NCBI GenBank assembly: GCA_973895155.1
Contig: OZ316894.1
Coordinates: 26,521,240-26,585,239 of the forward strand
Length of the DNA: 64,000 bases
Direction: 5' to 3'
From: Marsupella aquatica
Lineage: Eukaryota; Plantae; Marchantiophyta
Of the stretch, positions 44,032 through 56,283 are shown in pieces. The notes under the pieces are model-generated. The model was not told the origin of the DNA. It did no database searches and was given only the letters and a program-made list of their open reading frames with translations. A program made the translations under genes and the position numbers. Within the stretch, counting starts at the first letter, position 1, and each line of letters begins with the position of its first letter.

Positions 44032-45556
44032 CACAAATTGCTGTCGCAATTTCGATCCGCAACCGAAACAATGCACCTAAACTTGAGGATGCGCCTGAGC
44101 CGCCAAATTCTATTGCAATTAAGACGCACACGAAATGCTCGGGCAGGACAAGAACGCTTTAGAGCCCAATTGAAGCTCTTCGAGCTGAAGAAGACTCCTC
44201 CACGTTTTGATCTCCTACCGTGAACAGAATCTTAAGCGCAATTCTGATCTCCTTCCAAGCTGCACATGCAATGGTCGGGACCGGAAACCAAAGTACGGGC
44301 CCGAATTTGGAGCTCTCAAAGCTGAAGACGACCCTCCGCGTTACGATCTTTTATCGAGAACAGAACGGAGATCAAATTTGGAGATCTGATCGCAACGAAC
44401 AGAAATGTGTCTGCACTGACGTGAGGGTGCGCGCGAGTCCGAATTCTTGCCCAATCCAACTCTGTCCTCCAGACTGCAAACAAGCTGCGCGCGAACAGGC
44501 TAGACTCTCAACAATTTGACAACAATTTGACAACAATTTGGACCTCTCACCAGAGATGTCCAAGAGTCCAATCCTTCCTCGCTAGGCTATGGCTTGAAGC
44601 CAGTTTTCGTGCGCACACTGCGCAATGGGTTACACGTTTACTCCGACCCGCTTCCATCGTGAATGGCCGGCCAGGTGTCACTCGTCGGAGCTAACATGCG
44701 AGTGCTGTTTAGGTAGGGGAACTTACATATAACCAGCCGCTTTATTTTGAAATTTATTTTTTCCTTTTCCTCTTACTTAAAGTCCATTTCTCGTAGCAGA
44801 ACACCCCGGTCAAGATATGGATCACCATTTTAGTAGAAAACAATGCTCCCCATGGACAGTAGAAAGAAACTATACTATAAACATGGAATAAGTAGGAATA
44901 TTTCCTGTGACATTGTGAGTTAAAAGTACTGTAGGTACATATGAGTTGCAAAAACTTGTGGGAGCATTTTGACAAACCTAGAGGTCTATCAGGGTTTCAT
45001 TTTCCATTTTAGTAAGATTCTCTTCAATGTTTACTAAAGAAAAAGAGAAATTTCTCAGGCCTTTAAGTCCTGTTTCAGGAACATTATGGACAATGATGGT
45101 CTCTCAAAACAATAGCTGAATTTCTTGTTTATCATGGCATCCTATAATGCCCTCTGAACAGGACTTTACTTAAGGCTCTTTGTGATTTTTCAATTGTGAT
45201 TTTGAAGTATACACATTCAATATTTGCATCAACTCCTTTTCCCTTTGGAATTCTGAACAATGCACACTCAAATTTTGGATCAACTCATTAAGAATATTCT
45301 ATTCAACTTTTACTAAAACTAGTATAAAGTAAAATCTCTGGAGCCTATCACTTCAGCATTATGACTAATTATAGTCCCTCAAAACTCGAAACCCAAGCTC
45401 TTGTTTTTCAAATTTATAGCCCACGGTGCCCTATAAACATATCTTTACTATATACATACCCTTTGTTTCTTCCACCAGGAGGAAGGATAGATGGTCACAT
45501 GATAGGGGGAAAGGATAGGTGAAGCAAAATGTCAGTAGATGAAAATGATTTGTAGC

Positions 45557-45745
45557 CTAGCCCAATGCCCATGGAATGCACAATATGTTTGATAGTAAGT
45601 GATGTCAAATGGAAGTGAGCATAGTGTGATGGCCCTAGGCAGCCGGACAAGTGTCCGTCTGGCAAGTGAGTTTCCAGGAGTGTGTGACATGCAAGGGAAA
45701 GTGACCTAGTGGGTGTTGAAAAGGTTCACAAATGCCACCTTTGTG
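45557..45745 (-). mobile_element. Non-autonomous Helitron-like fragment (3' end)
   Basis: The minus strand ends TTGTGCATTCCATGGGCATTGGGCTAG. The internal sequence is homologous to 2110-2266 and 2503-2550. Confidence 0.65.
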
Positions 45746-48700
45746 TCCATCTCATGGTTAGGAAGAATTGTAATCATAATTCAACTGCTAGGGAGACTAC
45801 CTTCCTGCCATATGATATTGTCATAGCTAGACCATAAGAAAAAGGGTTATGCATATTGTAGTACGTGTTTGGATAATAGATAATTCTGACTCTTTGTACC
45901 TTAAGACAAAAAGACCATTGCATAGTTTAATTTTCTCTGTGTTGGACCTGTGATGCTGAGCATTATATAGATTAGTCAACCAGTGTATGTGTCAGGTATT
46001 TGCCCCAACATGCATTGGAAACACTTGTGTCATAACCTGTACACTGAGCTCATTATTTATGTATGAAGTCAATGTTTTTTCTTGCTTTGTTGGGTCCACT
46101 GACGATACATTTAAATTTGCACTGACTCGGTCAGTACTTTGCAAATGAAAGGTGCTCAGTATTGTTTACCTCTTACATAATGTACTCATGATCCATTCAA
46201 GCCACCCTCAATTACTTCTTCCTGGATACACATGAATCTGCCAAATTATTTCTGTCCATTAGCAAAGTTCTGTATCTCTTTTCCTCCCCCATTTCCAGCT
46301 TATTTTTCCCTTTTTGTCTTTTCCCTGTTAGATTACAGGGGATGTAATTGTGCTGTATTACTAGTTTTCTGTCACGGTCGTAGCCCAAATGGGGTGAACC
46401 ACATACTTTTAGTGTTGAAGTCTATTCACATGTGCTGACGCTATCAAGTTTGGTAGAGATTTATCCCACATTCCCTTTTCTTTTATTTGAGTGGTTTGAT
46501 GAGGGTCATTGGGAAGTTTTGGGGAATCCATTTTCTTCAAATTTGTTTTAAGTCCCCAAGCCAGACAACATGGTAATAAATCTTGGCACAAACGGACTTG
46601 AAAACACAAAGGGGCTTAAAAACTCCTTAGGGTGGTCACATACCCAAGTGTGTACCCAAGTGTGTACCCAAGTAGCAAAGAAACAACACCATGAAAATTT
46701 AAAAAGAACACTTGACAAATTGAAAGTGCCGTTAGTTCAACATGCACAAAATCTCCATTACATCAACTTCTGATCCAACAGTCTATCTCATGAATTCAAT
46801 GGCTTATTCATGCAAATAGTTTTCCCAATTGTCTGTTGTTACATGCATTTTTAACGGTTTTTGGGTCTAACCACTTTTGGTGCCCTTGAGGCAAACACAC
46901 ACAACTGTGTGGCAAACACATACAGCTGTGTTTGTGCACATAAACATCCCTGTTTGTGACAAAAGATGCTGATGTGTCTGCATATTGAATCATGGAATTT
47001 GGAAGGCATGTCTCATGGGGGCCATAATAATTAAGGGATAGACATTTTTAGTTGAATACAACAATGGAAATGTTTTTGAAAGTCCTAACCATTAGGGAGG
47101 GCAAACATGGGAAGGGCCAGGCCCACGAAGATGTTGGATGTACTTTGATTCAGATTGTTGGACAAGGGTAATCTTTAGGGTCTTCATTTCTTGTTCCAGG
47201 CTCTACATTGCCATATTTTGTTCAAATATCAGAATTGACTACCTAATTTAGATGAATTAGTACAATGTAACTTCTGTTTGTCACAGGTTAAGTGACTTAA
47301 CCCTGGTTAGCCACAAGAGATTGTATGACACTCAGATTGTCACATTGAACAATCCAATGGTTTCCATCATCCTCACGTCAGAACCCCCACTAATGGTCCA
47401 CTAGGGCAGAGCTGGTATCACCCTCTGTGCAGGTTCACCTTCACCCTCACTTCCCTATATTCAAGTGCCCTCCTCCCTGGTGGTGATACCCAATGCCTGG
47501 GCACACTCTGCTCCAAGGGTGATGAGACCTATCAGATCTTCCATTGTGATGATCTCTGGATTGTAGGATCTTTCCACGGTCAACTAAGGTAAAGTCATTT
47601 AACAGAAAAAGTGACAATCCATTTTAGTAAACTCCACTTTTCTTGTCTCTCTATATCACCTTGTGTGAAGGAGAAGATGATCAGAACATTACTTATCTAG
47701 TTTTCCTGGACTAATATCTGACCATTAGATCAGCCTAGACTTAAGGACAACCCTAGATTCTGGAAAACTGAAGACAAAAAGTGTGGCAACTTCACCACAA
47801 GGTTGGTCCTTGAAACTCCCATGGACCACATATCCCAAAATTTGAGTTTAATAGTAATAAATTGATAATCATAAACTCAATATTTTAGAGATTTGGGGTT
47901 ATGCTAGAAGAGTAGGTAAGCTATCCTTCCATCAAAGTGACACTTAAGAAATCCCCCCTCAAGGCTTTAGCTCTCCCCAGGCCCATAGTGCATAAATTGT
48001 GGCCATCTTGGTTGAGTTTTTGATCATAAATGCTGAAGGGTAAATTTCATCAGATTACTTTTCATTGTGCTAACATGAGATATTTGGGCTTGTCATTTTT
48101 CATGTCTCCTCCTTCTGGCCTTGCAGGTGCAAGGCTTTTACAACTCATCAAGTTATGGGCCCCAAACCCATGGACCACCAAATTGTGGTCCACGGGAGCA
48201 CCTTGTCCAAACCGACATGGTGGTCCATCCTGGTTTCATTTTCGGCCAAGGTGTGATTTGGCGAAGGTGTGTAATTTGGGGAATTTTCGCCACTAAGCAA
48301 AATGCTGCGTCAGCCCTGTCACAGGGCAAGAAGGGAAAGGGCCGGTCCCGTTGGTGCAAAGAGTGACATATCGGCGTTTAGACCCGACCCGTGCACATCG
48401 ATGTTGGATTAGGGTTCATCCATCGGCGTTTGTGTGTCTTGGTCGTTCGCTCCGCTCGCTCATTCTGCTCGTGCGGAATGGAGAAGCAGAAAATGGCGGA
48501 CCTTCGCATCCGGTGGATCGGATGGGATCGGATCGGATCAGAGCGGCATTTGTGCAGGAAGGAAAAATAATATGTTTAGTGAGAAACTACGGCTGAATTG
48601 CTGTGGCCCATCATCGAGTAGACTAGTTTAGTGTCCAGAGCGTGGACTGCAAACGAACAGAGTCAAAGGATGGGATGGGAAATAAATGAGACGGAGGGAG

Positions 48701-49380
48701 GCGGGCGTGCCGGCCTGCGTTATTGGGGGAACCGTTATTGGCCGTCTATCTGTCATTTTGTCGACTGTGTTTGTGGGTTTACTTTCCGTGATTCTCGGAG
48801 CTGACAGATTGTGCTAATTTTGTGTAGTGGAGTTGACTGGCTGACTCCTCTTGGTCTGAGTGGCTCCTTCTTCGTTTACGCCTGTCTCTTCGGATGGTTC
48901 CGTATTGGGTTGCTTTCTCGGCTGAATGCGAGGGATAAAAACAAGCAGACGAAGTGGATGGGTTTGGATTTAGGATTGTGGGTCAGTCTGTTTGAATTAT
49001 TAGTGAGTTTTACGTTCAATCGTTCCTTCTTGTCTATCTCGTGGTTTTCCAATCGAGAAGCCTTGTGAGAATGAGTGGAGGCATTGCCCGGTGACTGTGG
49101 ATCCAGTGCAATTTGAGTGGTCCGCTGCTTTTCATTGCTCAGAATTCGATGTATATTGCTGGAAGAAAACAATAGCTTAGTCAGTTCAATTTGTGGTGGT
49201 TTTCTTAGCCCCCAGGCAGCAGGTCGGTGCAGCCGCTCGATAACCCTGACCCAGGCGGCAAGCTGAGCACAACTTGTGGATGAAATGGGGGCTTAGATGG
49301 AGAGTGAAGGCGGGGAGGGGTGATGGAGGGGTTAGAGGGTGATGGTCTTTGAATGGTTTTGTTGATGCCCTTGTTAGGTG

Positions 49381-51839
49381 ATGCTACCGAGGAGATCGGA
49401 CCCAACGCCCCAGCACCTTGGCGATTTGCCGGGGATGGTGGCGCCCCCAACGAATAATAATAGCAGTAATAATAATCTCAGTAGTAGTAATGCCATAGTT
49501 CCATTTGGTGGCGGAGGAGGAGGAGGAGGAGGACCAATCGTTCCGGTGAGCAACGGAGTTCCTCTCCCACGTAAAATGGTAGCGAAGGCGAAGTGCTCGA
49601 TCAGCAGAGAGGAGGCCAGCTTGCTCCCAATTGCAGTTGAGGGCGTGCATTGGCGTCGAGAGGAAGCTCCTCCCCACTCGAAGTCTGGCTCGGCTGTGAC
49701 GAGATGTCTCATGTTGACAGACCCATCCTGCATCACATTCTCAAGGAGGAACTATCTGGAGGACCATTTCAGGGTGGTGCATAAACTGTTCCCTTCAAAG
49801 CCGAGGGTTGGTAGGAAGAAGATCTCGAACAAACCCTCAAGATGTATCTCTCCAAGTGCACGCGAGAGAATGGCCGATCATATGCAAGGCGATTTCCCAT
49901 TCAAGTTCTGGAAGGCTAAGAAGAAACGGTTTGTAATGTCGACAACCAAGGCCAAGCATATGTGGTGCTCAGTCCCGGGCCACGAGAAGGCCAGCGAGGA
50001 AGTGCGGAGGGAATGGGTTTGGCGCAAGGCTGCAGATTTTTACAAGATTTGGCGGGAAGGGTCACTTGCTATAGAGACCATGGTCAATTTGGCCAGCCAC
50101 GTGGAGGACTACTGGAATGGGAAAGGGATTGTGGACGACGAGGAAGTCGCCCAGAGGGTGAGATTGATTTCACAGAATTACACAATGTGTCAAATAGATA
50201 ACGTGAAAACAATATCATAACTTTGTTCAGAATTCTGTTACGTATGATGCATTCTTAGTGTCCGTAATACTTCGAAATGGCACACGTGACATGGTCATTT
50301 CGAAGTAAGGTTATTATTGATTATTTTCGGGGGATTCTTGAGTATCACACCCGTGAGAATGTCCATCAGAATGAACGAATCGATTTCAAGGTTAGCTAAA
50401 AAATGACATCCCTTTTGAGAGGAAGGAAGGTACATAGGCAAAGGGGCACGCTATGGACAAGAAGGCACTCGCCTCCCAAACGTAGGAATTTTCAAAGATG
50501 AATTGCCAGAAGAGGGGAACAAAAAACCACTTTAGGCAAGCTAAACAAATTTGTGAAGCGAACTAGTGCTTCAGTATTTACTAAGGAATGATCGACGTCT
50601 TATCTGAGTCTTCCTTCTTTTCCTCTTTACTTGGCTCTTCACCTTGGGGAATGGGTGGGCTATAATTGCGATTGAATGCATTCGTAAGAGAGGATTGTTC
50701 TGTCAATTGTTTCCGAAATTTTCTCCAATATGTGCTTTTTCTTTAATACGTTTTGGGTACTGGTGATTCCTCTTTCCTTGCAACAGGGTCGCATTCCACG
50801 CAACTATGAAGAGTTCGTGTCTGATGAAGAGGCACCCACCTGGGAGACAAATAAAGATGGGCGAGAGATTTGCCGCCGACGACTCAAGAGCAAGGCGAGT
50901 GAGGAGAAGTCAGTCGACACTCATCTTCTTACTGGAGGGCACCCATCCCAAAGTAGGTACAAGTAGGTACTGGCTGAATGAATCACGGTTTTTCCTTGTG
51001 CCCTCATTCTGTCTGTATCCATTCCTAATGAACTTACTTTACAGCTTACTGTTTTATAAGTATAACCAGCTGAACTTACTTCGTTATTTTCCGAGTATAA
51101 GGACTGAAATGACATTACCCACGGTCTGTCTCTCGGCCTCTGAAAAATAGTGAGGGCTGATCTTGAGGGAGCAGAGAGCGAGTCAGATGATGGGAAGGAC
51201 GAGTCGGCCTCTACAATCGAGGATTTGCAGTCGTCAAATGTCGGTCATCATGTAATGGCCATGGGAGGGCAACCAGGACGGACAGGGTTGCATGGACCCA
51301 TTCCAGGATCCCATGATCCGGTAGTGGGAACCGATATGCACATGCATCGGCAAGGGCCACATGATAACTCAATGCACTTGTTCGGGCAAGGTATGTAGAA
51401 AATTACCAACCCTGCCAGTTTGATAGTGGCTCTTGCATATTGTCACATCTGTAATGTCCTCCTCAAGGTAAGTACTGGAAATTAGCTTGAATAAACTCTT
51501 TTGTTCTGTGAGTATGTATTTGCTTTTAAGTGAATTCTCTCACACAGCTTTTCACCACCATATATATATTATTTTCCCCTATAAATCCTTGCAATTATTC
51601 GTTCACATGAGAAAGGAGGGTCTCAGAAACTGTTCTCATCACGTACAGGGCGGAGCTCAATACATGATGGTGTTCACGGCACGTTCACAAGTCTTTTGAA
51701 TGTGGTAGCGTCCGAAGATAACTCTGAAAGCCAGCACCTCATGTCGATGAATACTCAAGCAATGGCAGCTCAGCGTATCCCTTTACATATTGACCATAGA
51801 GAGTATGAGCGACAGCAGAAGGAAGGTAGGGTGACATAG
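49381..51839 (+). CDS. Uncharacterised ~472-aa protein with one C2H2-like zinc finger, 4 coding exons
   Basis: In-phase GT-AG exons 49381-50202, 50787-50952, 51151-51390 and 51649-51839 total 1419 nt. Motif CLMLTDPSCITFSRRNYLEDHFRVVH is followed by basic KPRVGRKK. N-terminus has poly-N and poly-G; the C-terminal half is acidic and His-rich. Confidence 0.75.
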
Positions 51840-53902
51840 GAACGTTGTGATGGGCTTGACTTGTTTTCTATCAGATGTGGCCTGAATGGGACCATATGAA
51901 GCTCTTAGGGTAGGGAGGAAAGAGGGTGTTGTGTGGGAGTTGCAGCGCGCAGATCACAGGAGATCCTGGCACGTGATGCCATTGACCTGTATAAGGGTTG
52001 ATGCCATGGACTTGCATGAAGCTTATCATAGCAGACATGTGGTGATGCATTCTGTTTCTACCTGTAGAATATTTCCCATTGTGCAATCAAGTTCTTCTCC
52101 TAACCATCTAGTAAGGTTTTAAGAGTGGATGGCTGACAAGAACGGGCCCATGTCGTACTGGCTTCATTTGCGAGCAGGATTGGGAGGTACATTGTCTTTG
52201 GGGATGCTTACGGTCTTCCATTCATTTTGTGTGAGCAAGCTTTCAATTTTGACTGCATCGTGTTTATGGGAAATGCTGTGTGAATTGTTGTCGTTGCTTA
52301 ATCCCTTCGAGTCCTTGTTGAGATTCAGCGATGTTAACAGTCTGTTCTGGCATTCGAGGGTATTGCAGTCACTCGGTTTTTTGTTTCATGCAAGTGTGGC
52401 ATGTGACTTTCATCTTTCCTTCACTTGAGAGTCCCTGGTCGCTCTAATCTGTTCTCATTTTCTCTGGTCGTCTTATGAAAGCACGCCGAAAGTTTAGTGA
52501 TCGCTCTGCCTTCTTAGTACCTTGATGAAAAATGTCCTTCACTTAGAATAGTTCATTTTACTTCAATTCAGTTTAGCTCAATTTTCTCTCGAAGTATTTA
52601 CAGTTCCTGCGTTGTACTCTGTGGGAGACGGATGCTCTAGTCAATAAGCTCCTGCTCTTCGGGATGTGGGGCTCAGTTGTTTCTTTGTTTCAAAATCCTT
52701 TTTCTCTGACGATTCTCACTGTCTATATTCCCCGTAGGCTTTGCAAATTTAAACATAGGCATTTTTGGATACGCACGCATTGCACTGGATAGGAGAAAGA
52801 AATGTCAGCGACCCATCCCTTAGGTACTGACTAAGCTAGCATTTGCGAGGAAAATGTCCACTTATGACAGTGCGCAATTACGGTAGCTTATTTGTTGTTT
52901 TGCATGTGACATATTTAAAAATGATTTCCTTAGTCATTCACAAAGATTTACATTCATTTTATGAGTTTACACTGTCTGCCAGAAAGTTTTACGTGGCTGA
53001 TAACTAAGGTGATCCATGATTTTCCTGGGGTTGCATCCGAATGTGAAAACTTTTTAGATCGCAATAAGCACTGATATTACAATGGGTAGCTTTTGAGCAA
53101 TATGAAGTTTATAGTTTTCATCTAGTCATTTCACTCCGGATCAGATATTAATGTAGAGAGTGACATGTGCATGCGGCACTTCTTTCATTTGGCAGTAAAT
53201 AATTTCATTGTGCAACTCCTGGTGTGTACGTGGGATGAGAAAGTGGTTGGCAACCAGTGATTGCAAGAGGAAGAGTATTTGTTGCCTACATTAATATATT
53301 ATATACGCTGTGTTGAACACAATGAGTTTTAGGAATTTATGAGTGTGTAGACGTCTTGTTCATTCTTGAGTTAGTGCAAGCCAACTATGAGCTTCATTGT
53401 TGGTAACTCTGAGTATGTAGTGTTTCTAAACTAAGAGGAACATTGGAAGTAGATCACCCGCCCTGATATCAATGCATCTCGAGAGTTGAGATCACAATTC
53501 ACAATAGAAGTAATCGTCAATATGTGGAAGGCGTATCTGTGACAATCATGATCATTTCATTGGCAAACATTCTGATTTGTGGTTATACAGTTCGAGTGCC
53601 GACACATGACCGTCGGTTGCCGATATAGAACCGGTGCCAGGGGATGGAGGACACAATCGCTCAACCTGTTACTGTGACACGTACTTGCTGGAGAGGGATG
53701 CGGACAACCAATCCAACTAAAACCTTTCATCCGGTGTGTTTACTTTGGGTGCTATGGTTATTGAGAACTAGTCTTCAGCAGCACGCACACCTCCAGTTCA
53801 ATATGCGGCACCAGATTACGCTTTCCATAATTGCACTGAGGACATGCACTGGCTGGAATGGGATGTGGGTGCTCAGCTAAGGTAAGATATCGTGATACGC
53901 AC

Positions 53903-54607
53903 GCCTGCAGGTATATAATTGCAATACCTTTTACTATATCTTACCTATCTTGTATATGCAAAAGTCATACCTGTAGCTATACCTTGTATATCTAGTATAG
54001 GATTTTAGACTTGTATCTGTGCCTTTACCTCCCAAGATAAATACATAAAACCCCTGTACAGGTTTAGAATTACTTTAAGACAAACGATAGTAAGAGATAA
54101 GGATTTGTTGTGTGTGGTATGGAGAGGAGCCTCTACACGGAGACTTTAGATGATATTTATTGCCTGTACATAAAATATTTTTTTGTGTAGATGGGGCTGT
54201 ACCACTGTAGGACTATCACAAAAAAAGATCTGTCAGTTGTCTGAGTTGATGTCTCGATGTTAAACGCTAAACTCCACCTCTTGCATTTTCGTTAAATTGA
54301 ATTTGTTTTGTGCACAGAGATTTTCTCTCTCAAAATGTTTGCAAGTTTCATTTGGCTGTGGTTTTTTCTGATTGCATGTTTGAGTTGGCTTGCAATTTTG
54401 ACCAAAAAATGTCATAATTCAATAGTTACTCTGCCCCTGCCGATACCTTTACCATCCCGATATAAGAGGTAGATTATTGAGTGCCTATACTTGGCATATA
54501 ATCTGAATGTATTTATTTTTCTACACCTTGAAATATTGGGTGTGGATCCTACCTTGCTGTACCTTTACCTGGCAGGTATGATCTAAACATTAAACCTACC
54601 AACCCTG
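53903..54607. mobile_element. Probable hAT-like non-autonomous relic with TACC(T) subterminal repeats
   Basis: Dense TACCT/AGGTA motifs at 53903-54065 and 54430-54600. The right end CCTACCAACCCTG is the reverse complement of CAGGGTTGGTAGG, which is hAT-like. No left TIR or TSD was found. Confidence 0.4.
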
Positions 54608-54829
54608 GTATACACGTGTCCTAGGGTTGAATGAAAGAGATCTGGTTGTAATGAGCCAGTGAATTCATTCACTTTTGAATGCTTGAGCCACATAAACGCC
54701 TATGAAGACACTCTAAATACAGAAGAAGTTTAATTTGCTTCTGTCACAAACGACCTTACCAGAAATCCTCCATGGTCAGTTCACAAAGTACTTGAAAGGA
54801 GGGAATAAAATTCAGCATTAAGAGGTATT

Positions 54830-55275
54830 TTTCTGGGGGTCTCATTCCCACAAAAATGACAGTGATTGACATATGACATCACAAATGACATCACATGTGA
54901 AAAAAAGGGCCTTAACCAATATTTCCTACCCATGCACCACCTTCGCCCTTCTGTCTAAATCAGCCTCGTGCTGGCTCTCCCTCCAATTACTCGTGCCATA
55001 GCTTTGGCCACAACTCTCCCTACCCGTCTACACCTTTTTTCCCCCTACTTTCAACTTGCGATCATCCACTCACCCTTAATTTCATCTTGCAACCACCCGC
55101 ACCATTAGACAACTGGGATTTTGTGCATTGACAACATTTAAATAAGGACAACACTTTTCACAAGGATGAACACTCCTCAATGACACACTTTACACATCAA
55201 CAATTTGGCATTGACATCCCGATCACAACTACACAAACACAACTATAATTGTGCAACACATGGGCATTGGGCTCG
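54830..55275 (+). mobile_element. Non-autonomous Helitron-like element
   Basis: Ends TTGTGCAACACATGGGCATTGGGCTCG (55249-55275). The 5' motif TTCTGGGGGTCTCATTCCCACAAAAATG resembles that of the 2503-2850 copy. Confidence 0.55.
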
Positions 55276-55527
55276 TGAAATGTAAGGGTGGCTCATTTTG
55301 CATTAATGTAATTTCATGAATGGTGAAAACGTAAAAAACATGCCTTGTCCTCAACGACAAGTGTGTGTTCATTGTTGGGCTAACTTCTAAATAGATTGTC
55401 CTGCTACGCACAAAACCTTTTCTCGTCTCTATTTTGTTTTTGTAATTTTGGTATGTCTAGAAAATGTTGTATTTTTTTAATTCTGACTATAAAGGACAGG
55501 ACCTTAAGAGCTGGAAAGGGGACTTTC

Positions 55528-55794
55528 GGCCCTTGTCCTTGGTTCTCCTCTTTGTATGCCAGAAGCCCTGCCTGAAAACTTGAGGCCCTTGTCCTCAGTT
55601 CTCCTCTTTGTATGCCATAAGCCCTGCCTGAAAACTTGAGGCCCTTGTCCTCGGTTGTATGCCATAAGCCCTGCCTGGAAACTTGAGGCCCTTGTCCTTG
55701 GTTCTCGTCTTTGTATGCCATAAGCCCTGCCTGAAAAATTTGGGCCCTTGTCCTTGGTTCTCCGATTTGTATGCCATAATAAGCCCTGCCTGAA
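55528..55794. repeat. 56-bp minisatellite x5 (one copy has a 9-bp deletion)
   Basis: GGCCCTTGTCCTTGGTTCTCCTCTTTGTATGCCATAAGCCCTGCCTGAAAACTTGA units start at 55528, 55584, 55640, 55687 and 55743. Confidence 0.95.
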
Positions 55795-56229
55795 GAGGAG
55801 GTTACTCCAAAAGATTCTTGGTCAATTGTGTTGCCATTTGTGGCAGTTGAGAGCAGGAAAACTATGGACCTCACACACATGCAAAAGACGGCTATATGTT
55901 CGCCTTTTCAGTTCAACAGAAGTCCGTGTCCGGCAGGATCGTTCCCTCGCGTTCGGAAGGGGTGTACTCGGTCGAGTGGTCGACCAATCGAAGGATTTGG
56001 CTCCATGCTAAGGCCGCAACTGCTGACGTGACAGGCTCACATACTACACCCTTCCTTCCGCCCGACGCCGCTTCGATTCCGTTAGTTCATAAGAACCAAG
56101 TGACAGAGAGCTGAGGACAGAGTGAGACGACCGGACGAAAGCAGTGCCGCAGAGCTTAGATTTGAAGAGCAGTACAAGGCGAGGAGAATCAAGAGAGGCC
56201 ACTCATCAGAACAGAGAAGAGTCTAGAAA

Positions 56230-56231
<2 letters not shown>

Positions 56232-56266
<35 letters not shown>
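56232..56266 (+). repeat. (AG)17 microsatellite just upstream of the argC ATG (likely 5' UTR)
   Basis: Read directly; it ends 17 bp before the ATG at 56284. Confidence 0.95.
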
Positions 56267-56268
<2 letters not shown>

Positions 56269-56283
56269 CCTATCTTCATTGCA

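Noticed and set aside
44509-46672. Short tandem triplets (CAACAATTTGA x3 at ~44510; TACCCAAGTGTG x3 at ~46641)
   Set aside because: Ordinary slippage repeats with no evidence of function.
55404-55880. 158-aa minus-strand ORF
   Set aside because: It is a translation of the 56-bp minisatellite.
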